This document shows, in pieces, positions 39,230 to 51,245 of a stretch of DNA of 64,000 nt; the first letter of the stretch is position 1, and each line of letters begins with the position of its first letter. The notes beneath the pieces were generated by a model. It was not told the origin of the DNA. It worked only from the letters and a program-made list of their open reading frames with translations, and made no database searches. Made by a program: the position numbers and the translations under genes. Where the stretch lies: contig NC_057718.1 in assembly GCF_004010195.1 (NCBI RefSeq), positions 31,581,479-31,645,478 on the forward strand, given 5' to 3'. Source of the stretch: Chiloscyllium plagiosum (lineage: Eukaryota).

Positions 39230-41120
39230 TGAACGGTGTGGTAGTATGCCTTTTCAGGAAAAGCATTCAAAGATTCACAACCCTCTGCTTTAAAAACTGA
39301 CCCTCATTCTAGATCCTTCCAGAAGAGGAAACATCTCTAAGTTGTCAAAGACCCTCAGGGTTTTATATATTTCAATCAAGTTGCCTCTTACTCTTTTGAA
39401 TTCCAGCATTTACAAGTTTAGCCTGTCTAGCCTTCCCTTTTTGCCAACCCGCCAATTTCCTATCTGTCTGGTAAATGTTCTCAGAATGCCTTCAATGCAT
39501 TTATATCTTTCCTTAAATAAGGTGAACCAATACTGTATACAATCCTCCAGATGCAGTCTCACCAGTGCCCTGTAGAACTGAAGCATAATCTCCTTATTCT
39601 CCCTAATCAATTCCCCCTCATGATAAATGATTACATTCTATTGAATTTCCTAACTACTTGCTGGAACTGGATACTAATTTTGTGTAATTCATGTATGAAG
39701 ACAGACAAATCTCTCAGCATCTCAGAACTGTGTAATTTCCCAGGATTTAGATAATATGCTTCTACCTATGAAAATGAACAATTTCACATTTTTCTGCATT
39801 ATATTCCATTAGCTACACTTTTGTCCACAATTTAAGCTGTCAACACCTTGAAGAGTAAGAGGTCTTTGACAACATAGATGATAAAAGCATGACCCCGCTT
39901 CTGGAGTCTAGAATGAGGGGCACTGTTTGTAACCTCCATGTTGTCTCTTCCTAATTCACTTCACTACTAGTTTTGTGTCATCAGCAGATTTGACAGCAAT
40001 ACCTTCTGCACATTCATCTTCTTTGATGCAAGTTGTAAACAGTGTTGAAAAGTGTGGTGCTGGAAAAGCGCAGCAGACCAGGCAGCATCCGAGGAGCAGG
40101 AGAATCGACGTTTCAGGCATAAGCCCTTCTTCAGGAATGAGGCTGGTGTGCCAAGCGGGCTGAGATCTACATTCATCCCATGTGGTTGGAGGGTTCCTAG
40201 GCGGTCAGGGTCTGGCAATGGAGGAGGCCAAAGACCTGCATGTCTTTGGCGGAGTGGGAGGGGGAGTTAAAGTGGTCAGCCACGGGGTGTTGGGTTGGTT
40301 GGTGCGGGTGTCCCAGAGGTGTTCACTGAAACGTTCCGCAAGTAGGCGGCCTGGTGTTCTCTGAAACGTTCTGCAAGTAGGCGGCCTGTCTCCCCAATGT
40401 ATAGATGGCCACATCAGGTGCAGCAGATGCAGTAAATGGTGTGTGGATGTGCAGGTGAATTTCTTACGGATATGGAAGGATCCTTTGGGCCTTGGAGGGA
40501 AGTAAGGGGGGGGAGGTGTGGGCGCGCAAATTTTGCACTTCTTGCGGTGGGTGGAGGTGGGGGTGCGGGAAGTGGAGGAGATGCGGTGGAGAGCACCAAC
40601 TCAAACGTCCCGTGGCTGAACACTTTAACTCCCCCTCCCACTCCGCCAAGGACATGCAGGTCCTTGGCCTCCTCCATCGCCAGACCCTGGCCACCTAGGA
40701 ACCCTCCAACTACATGGGATGAATGTAGATCTCAGCCCGCTTGACACACCAGCTTCATTCCTGAAGAAGGGCTTATGCCCGAAACGTTGATTCTCCTGCT
40801 CCTCTAGTGTTGCCTGGCCTGCTGTGCTTTTCCAGCACCACACTTTTCAACTCTGGTCTCCAGCATCTGCAGTCCTCACTTTCTCCTAGTAAATTGTAAA
40901 CAGTTGAGGTCCCAGTGCCAAACCTTGTGGTATGCTATCAATTACATCCTGCCAACCTGAAAAAGACCCATTTATATCTACTCTCTGCTACCTGATAACC
41001 AGCCAACCTCCCATCCAATCTTCCATCCATGCCAATATGTGACTTCTTGCACAATGAGGTTTTATTTTCCACAATAACCTTTCATATGGCACTTGAGTCA
41101 AATGCCTTCTGGAAATATGC
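39230..41120 (-). mobile_element. Old CR1 RT fragment hosting the Penelope foldback
   Basis: FYRALVRLHLEDCIQYW on the left and VPYERLLWKIKPH on the right. The IPQGLALGPQLFT motif abuts the insertion. Confidence 0.75.
40044..40893. mobile_element. Penelope-like element with GIY-YIG remnant and long inverted arms, each with a hammerhead
   Basis: Minus strand gives IYCICCT*CGHLYIGETGRLLAERFREH. Arms ~40044-40290 and ~40605-40852 are inverted. Hammerheads at ~40103-40137(-) and ~40757-40792(+). TSD ttgtaaacagt at 40033-40043 and 40894-40904. Confidence 0.85.
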
Positions 41121-41209
41121 CTCTTTTCAAAATAAAGATCTTTGAGATAACTTTTGGGCATGAAATACAATATATAAGGATTTCTTTCCCCACCCCACCC
41201 CCTCTCCAT

Positions 41210-42560
41210 TTTGCAACAACTGTATAAATTTATAGGGTGCCTTTAATATAATAAATGTCCCAAGGGGCTTCACATGAACATGATGAAATAAAATATGTCA
41301 GACCCATGCTGGGAGATAGTAGGCCAGATCACCAAAATCTGGCGGAAAGCAATCTTTAAATAGTGTCTTAAGGGAGGAAGGCGAGATGGAGAAGCAGAGT
41401 TGTGTAGGGAAGCAAATTCCAGAGCTGAAGAACCAATTGAAGCAACTGATCAATTGGCCACAGTGGTGGAATGATCACATCTAATCTTTTGACCATTACC
41501 AATTTTACAGTGCAGATATCTTGCAGTGTTGTGTGGATGGAGGAGATTACAGAGATAGGGAAAGATGAGGCCACAAAGGGATTTGAAAACAAGAATGGGA
41601 ATTTTAAATTCAGCCATTGCTTGGTTGGAAACCAACATAGGCCAATGAGTGCAGGGGTGATAATTGAACAAGAGTTAATACTCAAGAACAAGCAGCATTG
41701 TTCTGGATGATCTAAATTTAAGGGATGGTAAAAATTTAAGGGAGGGGCAAATTAGGAGTGCATTGGGATTATCAAGTTCAGAGGTTATGAAGGCATGAAT
41801 GAGTGTTTTGGCAGTAGATTGAGAAAGTCATTTGATGTTATTGAGGTGCAAATGAAAAGTTTCAGTAATGGTGTGAATATGGTATCGGAGAAACCTTGGG
41901 GTCAAAACTGATAGGAAAATTGCAAACAGACTAGTTTAGGAAGAACAGCGGGATCTTGAGGTCCACATACATAGATCCCTCAAACTTACCACCCAAATTG
42001 ATAGAGTTGTTAAAAGGTTATTGTGTTTTGGCTTTCATGAACAGAGGGATTGCATGGTGGCTCAGTGGTTAGCACTGCTGCCTCACAGCACCAGGGACCT
42101 GGCTTCGATCCCAGCTGCGGGCAACTGTCTGTGTGGAATTTGCACATTCTCCCTATGTCTGCATGGGTTTCATCTGGTTTCCTTCCACAATCCAAAGATG
42201 TGCAAGCCAGGTGGATTGGCCATGCTAAATTGCCTGTAGTGTTAGGTGCATTAGTCAGAGGGAAATAGGTTTGGGTGCGTTACTCTTCAGAGGGTCAGTG
42301 TGTACTGGTGGGGCCAAATGGCCTGTTTCCACACTGTAGGGAATCTAATTTAGACTCAAATAGTTGTCAAGAAGAGGGATAGCATTTGTAGCATGGAAGC
42401 TGAAAGGAATGGTTTCAGTCTTCCCATTCTTTAATTAGAGGAAATTTCTTGAGTACTGCATGTCAGGTCAGTAATCTGATAATTTAGCATTGTAGAGGAG
42501 TCCAGAGGTGAAGGTGAGGCAGAGTTGGGTGTCGTCAGTTTACATGTGAAAACTTTGTAG
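41210..42560 (-). mobile_element. L2 LINE 3' fragment (interrupted)
   Basis: IITPALIGLCWFPTKQWL and EFKIPILVFKSLCGL resemble the L2 ITPVLxxLHWLPV..FKILxLVFKSLHGL motif. Confidence 0.7.
42050..42350 (+). mobile_element. HE1-type V-SINE
   Basis: A box, B-box-like ggcttcgatccc, V core and tail tttccacactgtagggaatcta. Confidence 0.9.
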
Positions 42561-43139
42561 GGATAATAGAAGGCTAAAATGATTTATTTATCAATCAAAA
42601 CAATACACCACACAACTTGTGCATGAATGACCTATCCCTCGTGAATAGAAGTGAGCATGATCTGCATGGGGCCGGACTGATCTGTTGAGCAGAAACCATT
42701 TTTTGTTTCAACAGGAAATACTTGAGGTTGGTTTATTATCCTCTTGAAAGTAAGTAGGTTTGGTTAAACATGTCTGAGTATTTGACATAAAGTGGAAAGT
42801 GTGTAAAAATATTGAAAAAATAACATTCTGGCTGAGATGTTTAAAAAATCTTTATGTAAAATACATCGACAGATGTGATAGAAAAGATGCTATTCTGGAA
42901 ATATGCCCTGTCTGGGCTTACAGTTCTCCCTTATTTAAAAAAGGTTTCTGCAAAGAATTGACTAAAGTGCATAAAATATGTCAATAATTTATATTTTCTT
43001 TTTAAATGCATCCAAAAGCATTACAGAAAATGGGTGAGAAATTATTACCCACTTTTTAAAAAATGTTTCCAAAATATAAACAGTTATGCTCAAAGATAAA
43101 AACCCAATTTTTTTTCTGTAATCTACATCAGGCAATGGG

Positions 43140-43340
43140 CATGTCAGGGATGCTCTTGGCCTCACAAAGTATTAAAATAGATAGATTTTGAACAGGAAAG
43201 GAATTAAAGGCTATGGTGAATAGGCAGGTACATGGTGCTGAGTCCACAAAAAGATCAGCCATGATCTTACTGAATGGCAGAACAGGGTCGATGGGCCAGA
43301 TGGCCTATTCCTGCTCCCATTTCCTATGTTCCTATGTTAT
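43140..43340 (+). mobile_element. CR1 3' UTR fragment
   Basis: ...agatggcctattcctgctcccatttcctatgttcctatg tail. Confidence 0.65.
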
Positions 43341-44150
43341 AGAGTCACAGAGATGGGGCCAGCAACCATAATTCTATTAGATTTAAAATAGTGATGGAAA
43401 AAGATAGACCAGATCTAAAAGTTGAAGTGCTAAAGAAGAAAGATGTTCTTAAAATAAATTTTCAGCAGTCTCCTCATTTTCTAGATCTTTTATAGCCGTT
43501 TATCAGCAAATGAAGAACTTCTCTTGCAGCTCAGGTCACCAATTAAAACCACAGCGAAGGCCATTAAAGTTGGATCCTATTTGTTTTAGGTCCTTGCCAA
43601 CTGCTGGGAAAAGCAAGCTAAAATAATGTAGTGGGAAAGGTGGTATAAATAGACAAACCTTCCAAACAATTTGAACCTGTTTGCGGTATAATGAGTGGTT
43701 AAGGTTAAAGGATTCATTTTGGTATCAGAGAAATGGAGATGTATGCTGAAATGTGGAGGTAGAGATGATTTTTGAGTTGAGAGGATGGAGAAATCTGACA
43801 TTTTATTTGATTATCTAGGACACAAGAAGCTAGTGAAGTTTGATGAAGATGGGAATTGGTGATGTGAATTTTAATGCAGGTGAGGATTTATCTGGAATGG
43901 AAGTCGGGAGGCTACTGGGACAAAAGAGTGCTGAATCTATTGGTAATAAAATTGTGGGCAGGGTTTCAATGGCTAATATTCTAGAGGTAAAAGGACAGTG
44001 ATGCTGGTGACAGGTGAAGAGTAATAGTGAACAGATCGTAGAACTAAGTGGCACATCGAGGTTAAAGAGACAAAATAAATCAAAGTTTGGAAAAAGAAAC
44101 TTGTATTGTATGATTCCATTATCCCATGCTGAAGTAGGCTGTTCACAGTT

Positions 44151-44247
44151 CAGATTCCTGAAGAAGGGCTTATGCCCGAAACGTCGATTCTCCTGTTCCT
44201 TGGATGCTGCCGGACCTGCTGCACTTTTCCAGCAACACATTTTCAGA
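44151..44247 (+). mobile_element. 97-bp hammerhead-bearing mini-element (family B) with 13-bp TSD
   Basis: gctgttcacagtt at 44138-44150 and 44248-44260 flanks the insert. Confidence 0.85.
44152..44191 (+). ncRNA. Minimal type I hammerhead ribozyme motif (family B)
   Basis: agattc-CTGAAGA-a-gggc-ttat-gccc-GAAA-CG-TC-gattct. Core intact, perfect 4-bp stem II, stem I 5/6 paired. Confidence 0.75.
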
Positions 44248-44329
44248 GCTGTTCACAGTTATAGCATCCTCACTAATCCCAAGCTTAGATTCTGAATTTA
44301 CACTATTGTAAACAACACTTGTGACGTCC

Positions 44330-44620
44330 ATCTCTTCAACATTTATTTGTGTTTGTTCCTAATTGTTTGAATCCATCTTTCTTCTGAAAAGCTTAGCAAG
44401 CACTCAGTTCTTTCTGATTCAACTATTCCAATGCCCTCCTGACTGGCTTCAATAAACCAACCTTTGCAGACTTCAGCTCCCTCAAAACCTTGTTGCCTCT
44501 ATCCTGCACCAAGTCCTACCAATGATACACACTGATATATATATATAGGCCTCTAGTCCCATATGCTTTTAATTTAAAATATTTATCTTTGTCTTTAAAT
44601 TCTATTGTCTTCCATTTCTC
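44330..44620 (+). mobile_element. Degenerate L2 fragment
   Basis: caactattccaatgccctcctgactggc encodes NYSNALLTG; cttcagctccctcaaaac encodes LQLPQN. Confidence 0.55.
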
Positions 44621-45772
44621 ACATTGCCTTTCATCATATCTGTCAGCTTTATAGGTTTATTTGCAACTCATCCAAATGACGACTTATCTTAGATTCTGGC
44701 TGAGAGAATTATCTTCAATGAGGCTTCTATGTAATATTTATTGAGAATCAGGAACTTAAATCTTTCATTACTTTTATTGCATGACATGCAGCCACAATTC
44801 TCAATGAAACTTAATATTTCTAACATTACCGTTCTAAGCTTGTGCACCAATGTATTGTTGCCATAGGAACAATTGTTATTCTGTCTCTGCTGCAACCAAC
44901 CACAGAAATCAGATGCTGTCTTGGGATTCGGAACGCCTGAACCCTGACTGCTCACATTTCCTGGAGACAAACCTCAGAAGATACAGGTAAAAGTGTCAGA
45001 CTTGAGGTTCTGACCTAGTGAAATGGCCCGAGTTGCATTTCCTGAGTCCAACATGAAAATCCAGCCCAATGTCCTCCGAAACTCTAATCTTCCTCCAGGA
45101 GAATTCAAACACCTTTGCTTCAAAGCCGGAGGTACTGATTCTCATCTGACAAATGCTCCCGCTCCACTCAAGTTCCATCAGCACAATCAAAATGGTCATT
45201 TGCCAAACACGTTTGCAGCTCTGTTCCTTTTGGTCTTGTTTGTCTGAATGCACCAGCATTGCCTTTATCTGATCCAGCAGTAACGACTTAATCATAAGCA
45301 ATTGAAACAGTAGTAGTTGCTTGCATTTACTTGAGACTCACTCCCAGAAGCAGCCTTCACATTCTTGTTCTTCAATTCTAACAGCACCCTCTTCTCCTGT
45401 GCAAACCTGGTCACATGGTCCTGTTTCATCTCCACACCGACTGGCCACTGAATGAGGGGTCTTCACACACTTTTGCCATTTGGTCCATGTCACTGCACTG
45501 TGCCAAACCAGAGCACGCCAAGCCAAACCAGTTGGGAGTCATGGGGAAATGGTGATGTTTTCTCCTTCTTAGGCAGTCCCTCTAGACCAAAGATGACTTT
45601 GTTCCACAGATGAGTTGTTCTGAGGTGACTGAATCATCCAACGTTCAATCTGCATACTATGTTGTGGTGAGTTTTGGAGAGGTTAATGGGTGGGATGGTT
45701 GGGATTTTGAGGGCTCCTTCCAGTGTGCAAAGTCAGTCTTGCAATGTATATTTCTGGTGACATGATCACAGT

Positions 45773-46008
45773 TGAAATAACTCAATAGAGGCTGGTATCC
45801 TGTCACCAAATCACCCTTTATTTACATGTGGAGATTGCTTGACACTGATCCAGCTCCCTCAGAGCAGGCCCTCAGTGCGAACATAACCTCTGACACTCCT
45901 GTTATTATCTATCAGACTGAGCTCCCTGATTGGACCAGGTTAATAGTTGCAATAGGGGAATTCATATTCTATGAGGTCCCACTGGTTGATCTCATTTCAA
46001 TCACTACA
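45773..46008 (-). repeat. 3' LTR
   Basis: Minus strand runs TGTAGTGATTG...GTTATTTCA, preceded by the polypurine tract aagggggaggaa (46009-46020). Confidence 0.8.
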
Positions 46009-46019
46009 TTCCTCCCCCT

Positions 46020-49005
46020 TTGAGTCCGAGGGCATAAGCCAGATTTTATAGCTTCTCCTGGGGCATTTTAGCACTGGCTCATGTTTCTCCAACTCTGACT
46101 CAGGTACAGGCAGCATGTAACACACAGTAACTTGCCTCTTGTGTCCAGCACATCTCAGAAGTAATTCATTCTCTTCTTCAGACAGCAAAAGTATCGAGGC
46201 AGTGATGTCCATCCTATCTATCTCAGATCCAGAGGTATCTTCAATGCTTGATGGAGAGAGGCAACCCAGTCTGAAAGGCTGTCGAGGAGCTGAACACATT
46301 TTGCTCCGCAATGTTTCTGAGTTTGTAAATTTCATATGGTCCATGTGCTTGTTCAGGATTGTCGCAACTACCCAAACCTTATACATGACTGAACCTGACC
46401 TCATGTCGACCTCTCCTCTTATCTTTGCAGGGTCATTCCCATGGTTCCTACACCAAACTTTGTCTCCTGATGTAAATTGTCTCTCTCGCTTGATGGAGTC
46501 TTGTACCTGATGCCATCTCACTCTCTGCCCAGGCCCAGGAAGATCAGCTATAAAATGTGCAAAGTCTTCTCCCCATTAGCAACTTTTCCGGAGCTATCCC
46601 TGTAGTTGCCTAAATGGTGGTCCTATAATCAAATAAGAATTGGACAGTTTCAAGTCTGGTGAGGCTGTAGGCTGTCTCTTTAAGCCTGCCTTCAAAGTTT
46701 GGACTGTTCATTCTGCCAGACTATTAGATGGTGAATGGTATGGAGCTGTCCTTATATGCCGAATACCATTTGACTTTAGAAAATACTTAAATTCTGTGCT
46801 GGTAACCAATGGCCTGTTATTTGTGACCAACATTTCCGGGAGTTCTTTACTGCAAACAGTGCAAATAGTTTTTTCACTCACTGTCTTTGTGTTTGACAAA
46901 CGAACTCTATATATGTCCAGCCATTTTGAATGGCATCCACAATGACTAAGGAACATTAAGCCCATGAAAGGAGCTGCATAGTTGATCCAGGGCTTACCTG
47001 ACCATTCCCACGAATGTGGGGCAGCGCTGGTGGTAATATTTGTCTTTGTTGGTACTCTGGGCACTGCCTGACCAATACTGCTATGTCTGCATCCAATCTT
47101 GGCCACCAGACATGACACCTCACCAACATCTTCATTTTGGAACCCCTGGATGACCTCAGTGGAGTTCAGCCTGTATCTGATGGCGACCTTTGCTCAGGAC
47201 AATCACTCTAGCTCCACATAATAATATTCCATCGCCCACTGTGATCTGGATCTCTCCATGTTGAAAAAGGTTTCAGTTCTGGTAGTGACAGTTTTTTGGT
47301 TTCCTCCATCACCACCAACTGTGACTGGAAGTGTGTCCAGAAAATTTCAAACAATTACAGAGTCTTCCAGTGGGGATACCACTGATAATGCATCTGCCAG
47401 TGGGAGGTGGCTCAATGCATCCACATTTTTTACTTGGCCTCCCGGACAGTGTTCCATATTGTAATTTTACATGCTTAGTATTAGAGCCTGAAGCTATGGG
47501 CGGCTCTACCTTGTCCTCTTCAGGTAGACGTAGCAGGGGTTTGTGGTCCGTTATTATTACAAATTTACACTCGTTAAGTTATTGGTGAAACTTCCTGATT
47601 CCAAAATGACTGGCAAATCTTCCTTTTCTATCTGGGCATATTTACACTCTCTATTAGCCAAAGTCCTGGCTGCATACACTATTAGTAATTTCTTTCCATT
47701 GAGCCACCTATGAGCTAACACTACCTATATGCTGTACAGGGAGGCATTGGATATCAATACCAGATCTTGCTTGGGATCTTAGTGTGCCAACATCGAAGAG
47801 GATGATAGCTGTTTCTTTGCTTCCCTGAAAGCTATGGCTTGGTTATGTGACCATTTCCAAGGCTGACCCTTTTTTAAGAGTGATGCAGCCCAAGGAAAGA
47901 TCTAAGCTCTGGTACAGACGTGGGAGCCGGGGCATCTTTGATCAAACTCACTTTTGCTTCCAATAGGTGTAGCCCAATCTGGTTGACTCTGTAGTCCAAG
48001 TAAGTCATTTGGGGAACACAGAGTTTTCCCTTCCAAGGTGTATGCCCGCCTGTGAGAACCAAACTAAATGCTATGTCCAAGTTCTCTAAGTGCTTCTTAT
48101 TGGTCATCCCTATTATTGGCACAACATCTAAATAAATGGCGACCTGAGGTAGACTTTGTAAAATGTTCTCCATCGTTCGCTGAAAATTTGCACAGGTTGA
48201 CGATACCCCAAATGGCAGTGTCATATATTGGTACAAACCTTTATCGGTAATAATTGTAGCACATTTCTGAGAATCCTCATCTAACCGCAATAAATTAAAA
48301 GTACGCATGGCTCATGTCCAGCTTTGTGAAGGACAGGATCACTGCCAGCTTTTTGTATACATCCTCTGTGCAAGGGATTGGGTATTTATCCAGCCACAAA
48401 AAGCAGTTGACTATTTGTTTAAAATCCCTACAGAGGTGACCCTACCCATCAGGCTTCACAATTGGTCCAACCAATGCTGCCCATTCCACAAATTGGGAGG
48501 GTTTGATGATTCCTTCGCTTTCCAGCATTTTGATTTCTGCCTCTACTTTTGCCCCCAAGACAAATGACACTGGGCGGGCCTTGCAGAATCTTGGAATTGC
48601 TTCCTGGTCAACATGTTAGGTGGCCTTGTCTCCTTTGAAAGTCCCTAGACCTCCCTGAAAAACATCTGGGTGTTTAATGAGGACTTCATTCAGGCAGCCA
48701 TTTTCTAATCAAAAAATGTTGAGCGAATCTAGGTGAATCATTTTCAACCAATCTCCCCCCATCAAGCTGGGCCCAATCCATGGTAACTGAGCTGGCTGTT
48801 TCTCATAAGAAACCGGAACCAAAGTTGTACCCTTAATCTGTAATTGGTCCCCTGAATAGGTTCTCAGTTGAGCTGACATCTTGCGCAAACTTAAGGTTTG
48901 GAATCCAGAGTGAATTTTGTTAAAGACTGGTTCTGTGATCACTGAAATGGCCGTGTTGCTATCAACCTCCATTAGAACCAAGTGACCATTTAACCAAATG
49001 TTTAT
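46020..49005 (-). pseudogene. pol: Gypsy pol pseudogene (protease, RT, RNase H, integrase)
   Basis: Protease MEVDSNTAISVI; RT GLYQYMTLPFGVSSTCANFQRTMENILQSLPQVAIYLDV; integrase HSKWLDI...LPEMLVTNN...FLKSNGIRHIRTAPYHSPSNSLAE. Many stops and frameshifts. Confidence 0.9.
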
Positions 49006-49009
49006 TTGG

Positions 49010-49742
49010 TCCAGGACATTTGACCTCAGACCTTTGGGTGACCATTCTCCAAGACGGACTTCGGGACAGGCAGCAGCGAAAAGTGGCTGAGCAGAGGCTG
49101 ATAGCTAAGTTCGGTACCCATAGGGAGGGCCTCAACCGGGACCTTGGGTTCATGTCACATTACAGATGACCACCTTTGCACTATACACACACAAAGACAC
49201 CCCTACACACACACACTCTCACACACACACTCTCTCACACACACTCTCTTTCACACACACTCTCTCACACACACTCTCTCTCTCACACACACACTCTCTC
49301 ACACACACTCTCTCNNNNNNNNNNNNNNNNNNNNNNNNNNNNNNNNNNNNNNNNNNNNNNNNNNNNNNNNNNNNNNNNNNNNNNNNNNNNNNNNNNNGAA
49401 TCAATCTAAACATCATGGCATAGACAGAGAACACAGGGGGCTAACACCTTTAACATATTGTCTGGCTATCACCAATTGTTATAGTTAACTTGAGAATGCA
49501 ACTTCTAAAAAAATGTTTTGTGATTTACACATGAAAGAAGTGAAACTATCGTGGTATTCGAACAGATGAAAGACTCAACAGACAATCAAGGTATTTTTTA
49601 ATGTATAATTTCAGTTACATCACACTGTAAAGTTTTGCGATAAATTCTGTGCCTTAGAATTGTGTCCTCCACTATCACCTGATGAAGGAGCGGCGCTCCG
49701 AAAGCTAGTGTGCTTCCAATTTAACCTGTTGGACTATAAGCT
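49010..49742 (+). mobile_element. Penelope-like 3' fragment: GIY-YIG ORF end, CA/CT microsatellite, UTR and hammerhead (contains gap 49315-49397)
   Basis: PGHLTSDLWVTILQDGLRDRQQRKVAEQRLIAKFGTHREGLNRDLGFMSHYR*, with the hammerhead at 49676-49710. Confidence 0.8.
49676..49710 (+). ncRNA. Minimal type I hammerhead ribozyme motif (family A)
   Basis: cac-CTGATGA-a-ggagc-ggc-gctcc-GAAA-GC-TA-gtg. Core intact, 5-bp stem II, palindromic AGCT, stem I cac/gtg. Confidence 0.8.
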
Positions 49743-49744
49743 TA

Positions 49745-50092
49745 GTTAAGTATGTGTGAGTGTGATAGGGTATGTGTGAGAGGGTGCATGTGTTGGTGTG
49801 AGTGCAGGGGGTGTATGTGTATGCATATGAGAGAGAGCTTGTGTGTGTGTGTGTGTGTTTGTGTGTGTATCATGCAGCGGGGTCACCTGTCATGAACCCA
49901 AATTCCCGGTTGAGGCCATTCCCATGGGTACCAAACTTTGCCATTGGCTTCTGCTCAGCCATTCTGCTTTGTTGCCTGTCCCAAAGTCCGCCTTGGAGGA
50001 TGGTCATCTGAAGATCTGAGGCCGAATGTCCCGGACTCCTGAAGTGTTTCCCGACTGGGAGGGAACACCCCTGCCTGGTGATTGTTGAGCCC
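49745..50092 (-). mobile_element. Second Penelope-like GIY-YIG C-terminal fragment, convergent with the first
   Basis: SLPVGKHFRSPGHSASDLQMTILQGGLWDRQQSRMAEQKPMAKFGTHGNGLNREFGFM, followed by a (CA)n-rich UTR. Confidence 0.8.
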
Positions 50093-50153
50093 AACTTAAA
50101 GAGGACTGTTGCGAGTGAATTTCTTTAGGAGCGTGCTTTTCTCTCATCGCCAC

Positions 50154-50362
50154 TGAAATAACTCGACAGAAGCCAGTATCCCAGCACCAAGTCACCCTTT
50201 ATTTGCATGTTGGGAGTCATCCTCAGAGCCAGCTCTCAGAGTGTACAGGATGTCTGTCACTCATGTCAGCCAGGATTCCCTCATTTGACCAGGTTAACAG
50301 CCCCAATCAGGGACCTCATGTTTTATGCAAAACACTTGGCTGACCTCATTACAGTCACTACA
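50154..50362 (-). repeat. 5' LTR with adjacent primer-binding site
   Basis: Minus strand runs TGTAGTGACTG...GTTATTTCA, then g-TGGCGATGAGA (PBS ~50142-50152). Shares tcaccctttattt and gaccaggttaa blocks with the 3' LTR. Confidence 0.8.
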
Positions 50363-50401
50363 ATAGTGGGCTCAGATCCTGAAGAACGAGGTGAAAAACA
50401 T

Positions 50402-51245
50402 TGTTACCTCGGATTATAACGGGATCTTGATCAGATGAACCAATGGGCTGAGAAGTGGCAGATGGAGTTTAATTCAGATAAATGCGAGGTGCTGTATTTT
50501 GGGAAAGCAAATCTTAGCAGGACTTATACACTTAATGTAGTGTCCTAGAGGGTATTGCTGAACAAAGAGACCTTGGAGTGCAGGTTCATAGCTCCTTGAA
50601 AGTAGATTTGCAGGTAGACAGGATAGTAAAGAAGGTGTTTGGTATGCTTTCCTTTATTGATCAGAGTATTGAGTACAGGAGTTGGGAGGTCATGGTGCGG
50701 TTTTACAGGACATTGGTTAGGCCACTTTTGGAATATTGCGTGCAATTCTTGTCTCCTTCCTATTGGAAGGATGTTGTAAAACTTGAAAGAGTTCAGAAAA
50801 GGTTTACAAGCTTGTTGTCAGGGTTGAAGGATTGGAGCTGTAGGGAGAAACCGAATAGGCTGAGACTGTTTTCCCTGGAGTGTTGGAGGCTGAGGGGTGA
50901 CCTTATAGAGGTTTGTAAAATCATGAGGGGCATGCATAGTGTAAGCGGACAAGGTCTTTTCCCTGGAGTGGGAGAGTTCAGAACTAGAGGGCATAGGTTT
51001 AGGGTGAGAGGGGAAAGATATAAAAGAGACCCAAGGGGCAACTTTTTCACGCAGAGGGTGGTACGTGTATGGAATGAGCTGCCAGAGGAAGTGGTGGAGG
51101 CTGGTACAATTGCAACATTTAAAAGACATCTGGATGGGTATATGAATAGGAAGGGTTTGGAGGGATATGGGCCGGGTGCTGGCAGGTGGGACTAGATTGG
51201 GTTAGGATATCTGGCTCGCATGGATGAGTTCGACCGAACATCTCT
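50402..51245 (+). mobile_element. Young CR1 LINE 3' fragment
   Basis: 205-aa ORF 50578-51195 is the CR1 ORF2 C-terminus ([12 protein letters not shown]...FFTQRVVRVWNELPEE). Confidence 0.95.

Larger units (their letters stand above)
45773..50362 (-). mobile_element. Decayed Gypsy LTR retrotransposon (Mag/K02A2.6-like), gag region replaced by Penelope sequence
   Basis: Two related TG...CA LTRs, a PBS and a PPT, PR-RT-RH-IN order on the minus strand, and flanks acagt/atagt (5-bp TSD with 1 mismatch). Confidence 0.9.

Noticed and set aside
44900..45760. Possible 81-nt exon (44906-44986) or decayed RTE LINE
   Set aside because: The acceptor is weak and the RTE resemblance (LEWSGSICQM versus QLRWAGHxxRM) is too degenerate to support either call by eye.
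50578..51195. 205-aa uninterrupted ORF as a host gene
   Set aside because: It is the CR1 ORF2 C-terminus from a 5'-truncated copy.
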